Made by a program: the position numbers and the translations under genes
The notes under the pieces: generated by a model
The model's database searches: none
What the model was told of the DNA's origin: nothing
The model's input: the letters and a program-made list of their open reading frames with translations, nothing else
In this document: in pieces, positions 1-10,037 of the stretch
How positions within the stretch are numbered: the first letter of the stretch is position 1
Layout of the letters: each line of letters opens with the position of its first letter
Source of the DNA: Octopus bimaculoides
Taxonomy: Eukaryota
Direction: 5' to 3'
NCBI RefSeq assembly: GCF_001194135.2
Contig: NC_068993.1
Location: forward strand, 9,585,731 to 9,644,200
Length of the DNA stretch: 58,470 nt

Positions 1-91
1 TTCCTTTCAGAGTAATTTCCCACAGTAATATGAAATTAGAGCATTAGAGTTTTGTCGGGAAGTGTGTTCGGGGAAGCCGTGCTGGTGGAGT

Positions 92-997
92 TTAGTGGGG
101 ATAAATTTCGGCAATGTGTTCGAGAAATGTATAGAAATTCTCGAAGTTTTTCTTCGTAGTAAATCCATACATTTCTCGATACATTGACTCATCGACACGG
201 GACCATTTCAGGTCGCCCGATGATCCAGTCACATACTTCAGCCGTCTTTTAATTCGGGACCAATAGGCCTCAATGTGATTCGTACAAGCACCAGTTTTAG
301 GGTCGACGAAATTCGTTGAGTGGTTAACCGTTCTGTGAATGTAACTCAGCTGTTGTAAATTCCTATAGCTGGCCCATTTGTCAGTATGTACTAAAGTACC
401 CGGTAAAACATTTTCAATCATAACGCCTTCAAGTGTTGCTGCGCTTCTATCAGGTACACGTTGAAGGAACCCTTTTTTTCAGTGGTGTCATAGCAGCCGA
501 CAACCCACGTTTGATGGCCTATTCGCCCTACGTGGCTCTTCCTTTTAAAGAGCAAGCTCTCATCTATTTCCACCTCATGACTTGGACCACCGAGCGGAGC
601 TTTATCTCGAAGCATCTTCCTCGAACACACTTCTCGACAAAAACTCATACCACTGGATCGCAGTTTTATTATCTACTCCAGTATATAAAGCCGCAGTAAA
701 TATAGGTGCCTCGAACACGAAATGAAAGACGATATGAAATATTTTTTGCAATGACAACTTTGACTTTTCCATAAAAGTCTTCGTCCTTATAGAAATGTTT
801 TTCCTACAATTTCCGCACCGCCACACAAATCCATTCAGCGATCTGGCCGACTTCTTCAAAGTCATAAAGTGTGTGCAAACAAACGTTTTACAGGTGGCAA
901 TAATGCCGTTGGCTTTCAAAAATTCGAGTATTCTTTCTGGAGAAAGCTGCTTCAATACTCCTTCAAGTGGCAAACACATTTTCAATTTCACGAACAC
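92..997 (-). mobile_element. ISXO2/IS1595-like (Merlin-type) DDE transposase, frameshifted
   Basis: Three overlapping minus ORFs (602-997, 418-648, 92-421) join into one transposase: N-terminal WRCGNC zinc-ribbon-like segment, then VEIDES, VHTDKWASY, HRTVNHS and TNHIEAYWSRIKR (D-D-E triad intact). Frameshifts fall in a T5 run (643-639) and an A7 run (479-473). The element's 3' end is outside the window. Confidence 0.9.
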
Positions 998-1189
998 GAT
1001 CCTTTGCGCTGGTTAACTGATTCCTTGTCGCTGGTCAAATGATTCTCTTTTAGGGTTGTGTGCATGTGCGCAAAAGGGAACAATTTGGCCGTTGGAATCA
1101 TTGTCAAATGATTGCCTTCGACACAAAATTCCTTTTCATTCTAAATGACCTGATAAACACTTCTTCTCTAATTGATCTACTCGGAAACA

Positions 1190-2011
1190 AAAGATCGCCG
1201 TTTCCAGCTCATCATTATCCACCTTGGTCTCGGCTCTACCACAGGGCTGATTTTCAAGAGTAAAGTCACTAGACTGGAACTTCTCAAACCATCGATGTAC
1301 AGTGCACTCGTTCGCCACATCTTCACCAAGCACTTCATTGATGTTTTGAGCTGTTTGGGATGCATTGGTTCCACGACAGAACTCATTCATATTCATAAAC
1401 AACACGAATTTTTTTTATCTATCCATGGGGTCACAAAAATTGATTTGGAAGAGAAAACTCACAATATAATCAGACACCATGAATTCCATTTCGAAAAGTG
1501 ATTATGTAACTCTTCAATGTTATAAAATAAAGAATTGTAAGCATAAAACTTTAGAGTTAAAGACTATCAAACTTGGTGCTTAAGAAAATGGTAAGTTTCG
1601 TTCTTAATGGTGGAGGCACAATGGCCCAGTGGTTAGGGCAGCGGACTCGCGGTCATAGGATCGAGGTTTCGATTCCCAGAACGGGCGTTGTGAGTGTTTA
1701 TTGAGCGAAAAACCTAAAGCTCCACGAGGCTCCGGCAGGGGATGGTGGCGAACCCTGCTGTACTCTTTCACCACAACTTTCTCTCATTCTTTCTTCCTGT
1801 TTCTGTTGTGCCTGTAATTCAAAGGGTCAGCCTTGTCACACTGTGTCACGCTGAATATTCCCGAGAACTACGTTAAGGGTACAGTTGTCTGTGGAGTGCT
1901 CAGCCACTTGCACGTTAATTTCAGGAGCTGGCTGTTCCGTTGATAGGATCAACTGGAACCCTCGACGTCGTAAGCGACGGAGTGCCAACAACAACGTTCT
2001 TAATGACCTGA
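1190..2011 (-). mobile_element. Mariner (Tc1/mariner) 5' fragment interrupted by a SINE
   Basis: Degenerate frame from ATG at 1426 reads (E)FCRGTNASQTAQNINEVLGEDVANECTVHRWFEKFQSSDFTLENQPCGR, a mariner transposase N-terminal HTH. The terminus TA|TCAGGTCATTAAGAACGAAAC is restored once the SINE at 1610-1994 is removed. Truncated near 1190, no catalytic domain. Confidence 0.85.
1610..1994 (+). mobile_element. tRNA-derived SINE family A, full length
   Basis: A-box TGGCCCAGTGG, B-box GGTTTCGATTCC, (CAA)n tail and an 11-bp TSD CGTTCTTAATG (1599-1609 / 1995-2005). Similar copies at 7325-7712, 17319-17580 and 58113-58470. Confidence 0.93.
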
Positions 2012-2149
2012 TATTAAGGGCAATAACTTTTCGGTGGAAGGGACATAATACCAAATAATCATTTCATGTTAGTTAATTGTCTCCCTTGATTTGTGAAACT
2101 CTCCCGTTTCTTGCATTCGTGTTGCAATTGTGACCTCGGCTCTGTCAGG

Positions 2150-2270
2150 ATGGGAAATGCAGCTGGTCATGTTATCTTTGAATTTATGCATCCAGAACTC
2201 GCCCCAGACCATAACAACCCTCCAACTTTCGATCCAAACTTAGGATTTCCCAATGGACGCAAAGAGCGAG
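2150..2270 (+). CDS. NDUFB7: NADH:ubiquinone oxidoreductase subunit B7, exon 1
   Basis: MGNAAGHVIFEFMHPELAPDHNNPPTFDPNLGFPNGRKER matches the NDUFB7 N-terminus (PTF..D.GFP.RKER; Gly2 as in the myristoylated mammalian subunit). Donor G|GTATGT, phase 1. Confidence 0.95.
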
Positions 2271-3297
2271 GTATGTACCCGTTATTTTTTCTGCTTAAAA
2301 CCACTGCTTCCAATGACCTTCTCCACTTAATTCGTCACTGAGATCATTCCTTCGTCTGTTTACCTTTGCGAATTAATTGTATACACGAGTTTTATATCTA
2401 TAAATGTGGCCGAACGAAGGAGTGGACGAAGGATATTTTTAATAAGACCATCTGTCTATTTTTCACGAATGATTCTCTTTGATAATTATGGCCATTGTTG
2501 TTATTGTTCAGTTATCCCCAAGTCAACCGCCCTGACGGAACAAGCATCTGTTCAAAAGCATTGAAATCGTCATTACCACGTTCTTTCCATCTCGATCATT
2601 TCGCATCTACGACTGCACTGTCCAACGTGCCTTTCTTCCCATCTTTTTATTTTCTCTCAAAACAATAGAATGCATTTTGAGGGATCATTGACTGATATTT
2701 CTAGCAGATCCAATGCCTACGTAGAGGCTCTAACTTGAGCGCGTGCGTGTGTTTATTTTCCTTTCTTTTTAATGTCCAAACGTTAACTTATGCATTTATT
2801 AAATATTTTTCTAGCGCGAAAACATATGGGTGGGATATGGGTTTAATCCAACGTTTGAACCCCCAAACATAGCTACTTGATTGTTCCTAAGTATACTACT
2901 GGTAAATATTTCATTGCCCATGAAAACAATAAAAAGAAGAAAGAGCAGAAAAATGTGAAAGGCAGAATAATTCCAGTGGGTTTTGGAATCAGAACGGAGA
3001 CACGGTTCGATTCTCATCCGTTTTTGGCTTTGTGCGTTTGGATCATGGTTAATCTCTCTCTCTCTCTGTATATATATAAAACAAATAATAAATGAGTATA
3101 TGCATATATACGTACAAGTATGTGCATACCTACATCTACCTGTATATACAGGTGCATATCTGGGTATAGGACGTTGCAAACAAAACGTAGAAAAAAATAA
3201 TAATAACCAGAGTACAGAAAACACACAGGCCACATAGAGAACATTTTCCTTCATCAGCTACCCCCATTCTAACACAGGCGTTTCGAAGAGTTAGGGC

Positions 3298-3331
<34 letters not shown>

Positions 3332-3340
3332 ATATACATA

Positions 3341-3570
3341 GGAAAATATGGCAATCGGAAATCTCCTCTAGCAAGAAAGCAATATTCCACAATGCATTTT
3401 TAGTACCAGTGTTGATCCCAACATTTGGGATACTTGATTGGTCTGTAGAGGAAATCCACTCCATAGATATCAAAACCTGCAAAATCCTGGCAACAACTGG
3501 GAACTTCCACAGAAACAGTGATGTTGACAGGCTCTACCTAAGAAGAAATGAAAGTGGTAGAGGCCTTCTG
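3341..3570 (+). mobile_element. R4/Dong-like (RLE-type) non-LTR retrotransposon fragment, RT C-terminal region
   Basis: RKIWQSEISSSKKAIFHNAFLVPVLIPTFGILDWSVEEIHSIDIKTCKILATTGNFHRNSDVDRLYLRRNESGRGL; the D.DRLY..R..GGRGL motif is typical of this group. Confidence 0.75.
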
Positions 3571-3599
3571 GCCTTCTGTCAAAATTGGAAACCCTTATT

Positions 3600-3634
<35 letters not shown>

Positions 3635-3639
3635 TATTA

Positions 3640-3778
3640 TTAAGGTGATGATCTGGCAGAACTGTTAGCACATCAGGCGTGTCACCTGTCGCTATGTTCT
3701 GAATTTAAATTCTGCCGAGGTTGACTTTGTCTTTCATCCTCCCCCCATACTTCAAGCTTTGTGCCTGTAGTAGAAAGG

Positions 3779-3820
<42 letters not shown>

Positions 3821-4030
3821 GTAGCGGTGAGCTGGCAGAATTATTAGCATGCCAGGTAGAATACTTAGCAGCATCTCATCCGTCTTTATGTTGTAAGTTC
3901 AAATCCTGCCAAGGTCCACTTTGCCTTTCATTCTTTCAGGGTCAATAAAATAAATACCAGTTAAGCCCTGGGGGTTGATATAATCAACTTAACCCTCCCC
4001 AGAATTGCTGGCCCTGTGCCAAAATTTGAA
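3640..4030 (+). mobile_element. SINE family C, two partial copies separated by (ATT)n
   Basis: GGTGAGCTGGCAGAAT...TGAGTTCAAATTC...GACTTTGCCTTTCATCC core. Further copies (approximate): 6585-6715(-), 7040-7250(-), 11642-11742(-), 15405-15817(+, tandem), 16050-16240(+), 31025-31300(-), 34200-34425(-), 37095-37510(+, tandem), 50400-50525(+). Confidence 0.8.
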
Positions 4031-4181
4031 ATTCATATTTACATGCTGTTACTTATATGCTTTGTCATGACATTATATTTTGGATGTTTTTGTTTATTCT
4101 GTGTTTTTTTTCCCTTCTAGTAGTCATGACATTATATTTTGGATGTTTTTGTTTATTCTGTGTTTTTTTTTTCCCTTCTAG

Positions 4182-4350
4182 TAATGATTGCAACACAAGA
4201 GGAGTTAAACGAGCTGAGCATCCCGCTAGAGAAACGGGATTATTGTGCTCATCTATATGTAAAATGGCTGAAGTGTCGTCAACAGAATTACCCAATGTGC
4301 CAGAGATGTCATCATGAAAAACATGACTACGAACAGTGTGAATACGATGA
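4182..4350 (+). CDS. NDUFB7: NDUFB7 exon 2 (twin CX9C)
   Basis: (V)MIATQEELNELSIPLEKRDYCAHLYVKWLKCRQQNYPMCQRCHHEKHDYEQCEYD: two C-x9-C motifs. Acceptor TTCTAG, donor GA|GTAAGT; phases fit exons 1 and 3. Confidence 0.97.
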
Positions 4351-4394
4351 GTAAGTATTGAGTATTTTCTTATTTAAGAAAGAGAGATCTTTCT

Positions 4395-5005
4395 GTTTAG
4401 GTCTTTCCACAAGACTGTTTCTACACATTTTTCCCATTCATCTCAAACTTCCATAATGGTCCTCAGCTCCTGTACCCCTTCCATACCAGAATCCTCCAAG
4501 TTGTCGATATAGATCGTCTTCCTCCTATCTCTCCTGGTTCTTCCTTCCATCGGTTGCCAGAGCACTAGTTTAGCAATTTCATTGGTGTGTCTGATCCAGC
4601 TAGCCTCATCCTTCTATGCTGTATCTTCAATGTTACTTGTGATAGTCCCTGGTATGAGTCGGCGTTTGTTGTATGACTCTTCCAGGAGACATTGAGTGCT
4701 ATTCTAAGCATCTTCACATAACAACCGTCCAACAGCTTCTTCAATGCTTTAGTGAGCGTCTATGTTTCAACCCTGTATAGAAGAACCGACTCCACTGTTG
4801 CCGGAAACAACCTCACTTTCAATTTCCTGGCTAACTTTGAACTCCATACCTTTCTCAATTTATGGCATGTGCTCCAGGCAAGAGCTTTCCTTGCGACAAC
4901 ATATTGTTCAGTACTTTGTGTCCACACACCAAGGTATTTGAAATTTTCAACTACCTTCAGCGACTTACCATCTCTTATTTTTACTGACACAGGCATTTCG
5001 TGGTT
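4395..5005 (-). mobile_element. RTE-like LINE 3' fragment
   Basis: VENFKYLGV...ARKALAWSTCHKLRKVW...TVESVLLY..ETWTLTK: degenerate RT C-terminal region with frameshifts. Confidence 0.75.
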
Positions 5006-5218
5006 GAAAGAGAGATGAGAAAGGAATAAATGATTATCTTCTCAACTTCATTAGCTTACAGTTGTTTCTGCTATGAGATGCAGTGGATTCAGAGTCAAGT
5101 GCCTCAATAACACCTTATAGCATCATTGGAAACTTGAATGTGAAGTGCAGTTTATTTAGGAAAAAAATTACATTTGTGCCTATATAGGGAATGGCATCAA
5201 CAATGAGAAAAGCCTATA

Positions 5219-5383
5219 CAGGCACAGGAGTGGCTGTGTGGTAAATAGCTTGCTTATCAACCACATGATTCCAGGTTCAGTCCCACTGCATGGCACCTTG
5301 GGCAAATGTCTTCTACTAATAGCCTCGGACTGACCAACGCCCTGTGAGTGGATTTGGTAGACAGAAACTGAAAGAAACCTGTC

Positions 5384-5426
<43 letters not shown>

Positions 5427-5510
5427 TGTATATATGTACACATACATATGTAAATATTTGTGTGTGTCTGTGTTTGTCCCCCTACCATCGCTTGACAACT
5501 GATGCTGGAA
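5219..5510 (+). mobile_element. SINE family B (tRNA head + CORE-like block + internal (TA)n)
   Basis: GGCTGTGTGGTAA...GGTTCAGTCCCACTG..GGCACCTTGGGCAAGTGTCTTCTAC...GGATTTGGTAGAC.GAAACTGAAAGAAGCC then (TA)n. The most abundant repeat here. Other copies (approximate): 8670-8975, 12280-12430, 18330-18718(-), 21340-21580(-), 27345-27500(-), 28435-28580(-), 30610-30775(-), 35327-35695, 41285-41540(-), 43950-44095, 44850-45005(-), 45455-45870(-), 47950-48115, 51140-51310, 54535-54690(-). Confidence 0.85.
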
Positions 5511-5649
5511 CTAGGAATGTGAATGGGTGGGGGTTTCCAAGAATTTTTTCCNNNNNNNNNNNNNNNNNNNNNNNNNNNNNNNNNNNNNNNNNNNNNNNNN
5601 NNNNNNNNNNNNNNTTTTTTTAAAATTTCATTTCTGTTTATATTTTCAG

Positions 5650-5746
5650 CTTTGTACTTCGAATGAAAGAATACGAACGAGAAAGACGGTTAAAGATGCG
5701 TACCGAAAGAATTCAAGCAAAGAAATTGGCTGAAGATTTAGAATGA
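5650..5746 (+). CDS. NDUFB7: NDUFB7 exon 3 (last coding exon)
   Basis: (D)FVLRMKEYERERRLKMRTERIQAKKLAEDLE*, matching YVMRMKEFERERRL of mammalian NDUFB7. Acceptor TTTCAG; total CDS 387 nt = 128 aa. Confidence 0.96.
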
Positions 5747-5867
5747 TGCTAAAAGGATTAAGATAGTTCTAATTTTTTTTTTTTTTTTCCAAAGGATTAG
5801 TGTTAAGTTCTTGGAGAAATGAGTTCTATTCATTGGTTTTCCTTTTTGAAAATCAATGTTTACAACA

Positions 5868-5873
5868 AATAAA
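5868..5873 (+). terminator. Likely NDUFB7 polyadenylation signal
   Basis: AATAAA 122 nt after the stop codon, followed by a T/GT-rich tract. Confidence 0.55.
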
Positions 5874-6744
5874 GATAAATTATTTCATTTGTGTTTTATA
5901 CCTGAAATGTTGTTATTTTTGTTTTGTTGTTTTTCTTTGTTTATTTCCCTATCAGAAGCTTCTTAACCTAACCTGTCTGAGATTCCATCTGGCTTCTGAT
6001 TCTCTGATACAAGCTTCCTGTTTTAAAATGGTTTAAATCACAACCTTCCTTCAAATTTTCATGTTAATTCACTTTCCAAACATCAGTTTTTTTTTTTTTA
6101 ATAACAAAGTTATTTTATTAAATTCTTTATTATTTTCAAAATTAATTGAAACAATGGCAGTGTATTTCAATAGAAATATGGCAACATATTTCCAATAAAA
6201 TAAGTACCAGGTTTAGAAAGAAAATAAATAATGGGGTTAATTTGTTTAACTAAACCCTTCAAGGTGATGCCCCAGCATGGTCGCGATCCAATGACTGAAA
6301 CAAGTAAAAGATAAAAGATTATTTTCTAAATTAACTGAAGCAATATTTCAGCAGGACTATGCCTCCCCCCCTCAACAATGCTCTAAATGTCATAGTTTGG
6401 AAGCTACAAGTTTGATCATAAAGATTGTCTGACCTCCATCCTTGGGTTTCGTGGGCTTTGTGAGAAGGTGCTGAGTTTTGTTGAAACACAAAATGGTCTT
6501 CCACTGCATACTTTATTAACCCTTTAAGCATGGCCATATCTGGCCCAAATATTCTACCCATTTTATGTTCAAACTAACCGAGTACTTATTTTATCAAACC
6601 TGAAAGGATCAAGGGCAAAGTCGACCTCAGCAGCATTTGAACTTAGAATGTAAAGACAGACAAATTTCACTGAGCATTTTGCCCAACGTGCTAATGATTC
6701 TGCCAGCTCACCGCTTTTAATAATAATAATAATAATAAATTGAA

Positions 6745-7019
6745 GTGAGAAATACACAGGTTGTGGGCCTGTGAAGAGAGTGGACATGATACCAATAGCG
6801 ACTGGCATGGTTGGAAGTATCAGTACCCAGCTACCAATGTGGCTTAAAAAGATTGGTACAAATGTAAAGATAGAACACCTACAAAAGTCAGCATTGCTTG
6901 GAACTGCAAGAATTCTCCACAAGGGTTTTGAAGCATGATCAGTAAACAAGTGTCACCTTAGTCTTCTGGTTGACACTTTCCATCATACCCAGCAGAATAA
7001 GCTGAGAGTTTCCATGAAG
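6745..7019 (+). mobile_element. R4/Dong-like LINE 3' end flanked by (TAA)n
   Basis: VDMIPIATGMVGSISTQLPMWLKKIGTNVKIEHLQKSALLGTARILHKGFEA* (6780-6938), the QK..LLGTA.IL C-terminus of RLE LINEs. (TAA)n runs lie on both sides. Confidence 0.75.
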
Positions 7020-7324
7020 TAATAATAATAATAATAATGGCTTCAAACTTTAGTACAAGGCCAACAATTCTGAAAGGAAGGGGTTAGTTGATAACATAGA
7101 TCCCAGTGATTAACTGGTGATAATTTTATCAACCCCCAAAAGGATAAAGATCAAAGATGACCTCAGCAAGATTTGAACTCAGAACATAAAGAGTCAGAAG
7201 AAATGCTATTCAAGCTTTTTGTCCGACTTGCTAATGATTCTGCCAGCTTACAGAGACCCAGAAAAAACACCATGAAGTATACTATTTGATGCTCTGACAA
7301 TTTGTAACATTTATAAGGTGAAAT

Positions 7325-7712
7325 TGTTGTTGTTGGCACTCCGTTGCTTACGATGTTGAGGGTTCCAGTTGATCTGATCAACGGAACAGCCTGCTCGTGA
7401 AATTAACGTGCAAGTAGCTGAGCACGCCACAGACACGTGTACCCTTAACGTAGTTCTCGGGGATATTCAGCGTGACACAGTGTGACAAGGCTGACCCTTT
7501 GAATTACAGGCACAACAGAAACAGGAAGTAAGAGTGAGAGAAAGTTGTGGAGGAAGAGTACAGAAGGGTTCGCCACAATCCCCTGCCGGAGCCTCATGGA
7601 GCTTTAGGTGTTTTCGCTCAATAAACACTCACAACGCCCGTTCTGGGAATCGAAACCACGTTCTTATGACCGCGAGTCCGCTGCCCTAACCACTGGGCTA
7701 TTGCGCCTCCAC
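7325..7712 (-). mobile_element. tRNA-derived SINE family A, full length
   Basis: Reverse complement of 1610-1994 with an 11-bp TSD TAAGGTGAAAT (7314-7324 / 7713-7723). Confidence 0.93.
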
Positions 7713-9412
7713 TAAGGTGAAATGTAAACTGGATGTAAAGGTATTGTGGAAGGTTTTCTGAAGGGACCAGAGAAACATTTAGAGGAGGTATTCAGGATAT
7801 TAGAGTTTGTTTAGATAACACAACATGTAAGAGATGCTACATTGAAATCCATTTCTAACTCTGGCTTATGTGGCTTAAATTGATATTGAACAAATGATGA
7901 TGGTGGTGTTGGTGGTGGTGGTGGTGAAGATCATGATGTTTAACTCCATATCATCTCTGTTTGAACAGACCCTGAGTAAACAGTATTCCAGGCATGATGT
8001 GGCAACCCTGTCCCTTTGTGTAGATCTAGGGTTACATTTACTAAATATTTGTCCTTTTCTGAAGACAGGATGGTATGATTTAAGGGAGATTTAGATTCTA
8101 TTTCCACCTGGTCAAATAGCAGTTTTAATGATGGTGGTGGTGGTGGTGGTGATTAAGAGTAAGCAATGTCAAAAGGAACCATGGACCCAATTTTTGCTAT
8201 TGAGAAAGAAATAAACCAAACTAAAATGTAATTGAAAATTCAACATGAAAATATCAGGCAAAATTCAAAACATATAACAAAAAGAATAGAAGTCTAGAAC
8301 TGGTTAGATGGATGTTTGGGAATTTTGGTTTGAACGGTTTAGGCTGCATGTTGGTACCCATGCTAAAACTGATTCCATTTTATGTTTTCAATGAATGTGC
8401 TGGTGACATGTGAAAAGCATCCTTCGAACATTGGGCCTCACGGAGGCAATGATAAGTGACCGAGACCTTTGGGGATATGCCGTGCTCGAGAAGACCCCTC
8501 AAGCCAAGTGAAATTGTATCATGGCTGATGCTGGTGTCACATAATTGGCACCTGTGCCAGTGGTATGAAAAAAGCTCTAATTACACACTTGGAAGGACAA
8601 ACTAGAAAAGAAAAATGATTACATGATTAAAAACATATATCTAATGGTTAACAATCAATGTATCAAAGGTCCAGCGTGGATGTATGGTAAGAGGTTTGCT
8701 TTCCAACCACATGGTTCCAGGTTCAGTCCCACTGCATGACACCTTGGGAAACTATCTTCTACTACAACCCTGGCTGACCAAAGCCTTGTGAGTAGATGGA
8801 AATTTGTGTGTATGTGTGTGTTTACATCCCCATAATTTAGTGGGACTGTACAAGAGATCAATAGAAGAAGCACGAGCCTTAAAATATCAAGTACTGGGGT
8901 CAATTCATTTGACTAAAACCTTTCAAGGTTATGCCCCAGCATGGCCACAATCCAATGACCTAAACAAGTAAAAGCAAAGAAAGATATTGTCATACATATT
9001 GCTCAAGTAGATGCGATCGCTGATTCACAAGCACTCGTAGACAGACTTTTTAAAAAACAAGTCTAGAGTTGTTTGCTTAGGAGAAGATTTTTCCGCTCTA
9101 TAAATTTCTCGGTAACATGCAGAAGTATTTGTTATGGTAGTAGTTGGATCTTGTGCTTGAAAAATATAACTTGTAAACCCAGGGTCTCGTAAAACAGATA
9201 CTTGTAAAATGAGATATTATTGTATCTAAAAAAAAAAATTAAATGCTTGTATAATATTGACATAAAGTCGGATAAATCGACTGAAGTTGAAGTTTAATTT
9301 GTTTCCGTTAATTTCTTTTAAAAAACCCCACTTAACTCGAAACGATTTCAGTTGAGCTATGTCTGTATATCAGATTACTTATTCAAGTATCAAATGTTAT
9401 TTATTTGATTAG

Positions 9413-9650
9413 GAACTTAATCACATAGAACACCGTCTACAGTGCAATTGTCAACAAAAACATTTACACCGGTCGTACATGTGGTTGTAAGAGAGAGAGA
9501 GTAAGTATTCCGACTGTGTTTTACACGTATAAAGATTATTATTGCTGAACACCATTTGAATTTGTTATCAGTTATTCTTAAATAGATTTACGTTTTCAAA
9601 GAGTTAGATCACAGTTTCGACGAGCACAAATCCATATGTGATCGAACTTG
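9413..9650 (+). other. Two candidate spliced leader exons upstream of ASNSD1 (9413 or 9429 to 9500; 9586-9650)
   Basis: Donors AGA|GTAAGT (9501) and TTG|GTAAGC (9651); acceptor TTATTCTTAAATAG (9585); 85-nt intron; CpG-containing non-repeat sequence. Coding status unknown. Confidence 0.5.
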
Positions 9651-10037
9651 GTAAGCCTTACTTAACTTTCATTTTTGCGTTACCCTCATTGTTCTGCTGG
9701 TCATTGGCCTCTTTGATGAAGTTGACCAGAGGCTAAACAAGTAAAGAACTAGATCTCTCTGGTTTGTTACTTGTTCCATCCATATCAGGACGGAAAATGA
9801 GCAGATCATTGGTCATTGCAGAAATACCTATGATCATAGGTTTACTCAATCGGGTTTGACCCTGGGCTAAACGATCTCCAACAAAACGAAGGCAAGTCTG
9901 ATCTGCGACTCAGCTGAAGTCATGTTGCTATAATATAAAGCCTTTCGGAAATGCATGAAAACTCAATTTAGTCTTATTCTGAAGTTTTATGCCAATGTTA
10001 AGGAAATATTCTATTTTTAGTTGTAGTGGCGCGTGTG

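Noticed and set aside
472-479. Programmed -1 frameshift as the expression mode of the transposase
   Set aside because: An upstream +1 lesion also has to be bypassed, so -1 slippage alone cannot yield protein. A homopolymer indel is simpler; kept only as a note in the finding.
92-997. Bacterial IS1595 contamination or recent horizontal transfer
   Set aside because: ISXO2-like (Merlin) transposons are established in animals, and the flanks are contiguous eukaryotic repeats and a spliced gene.
1610-1690. tRNA gene
   Set aside because: The A/B boxes continue into a 385-bp multi-copy body with tail and TSD; this is a SINE head. The same applies to the heads of families B, C and E.
2811-3254. 147-aa ORF and similar low-complexity ORFs (YIYI, VCVC, poly-F/Y/S)
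   Set aside because: These are translations of (TA)n, (CA)n, (ATT)n, (TCA)n and T-rich tracts with no domain signal.
9662-9732. Minus-strand exon PLVNFIKEANDQQNNEGNAKMKV with TTTAG / GTAAGG sites
   Set aside because: It overlaps a GGCTAAACAA-type dispersed repeat seen again near 49250 and 50680, and no partner exons were found.
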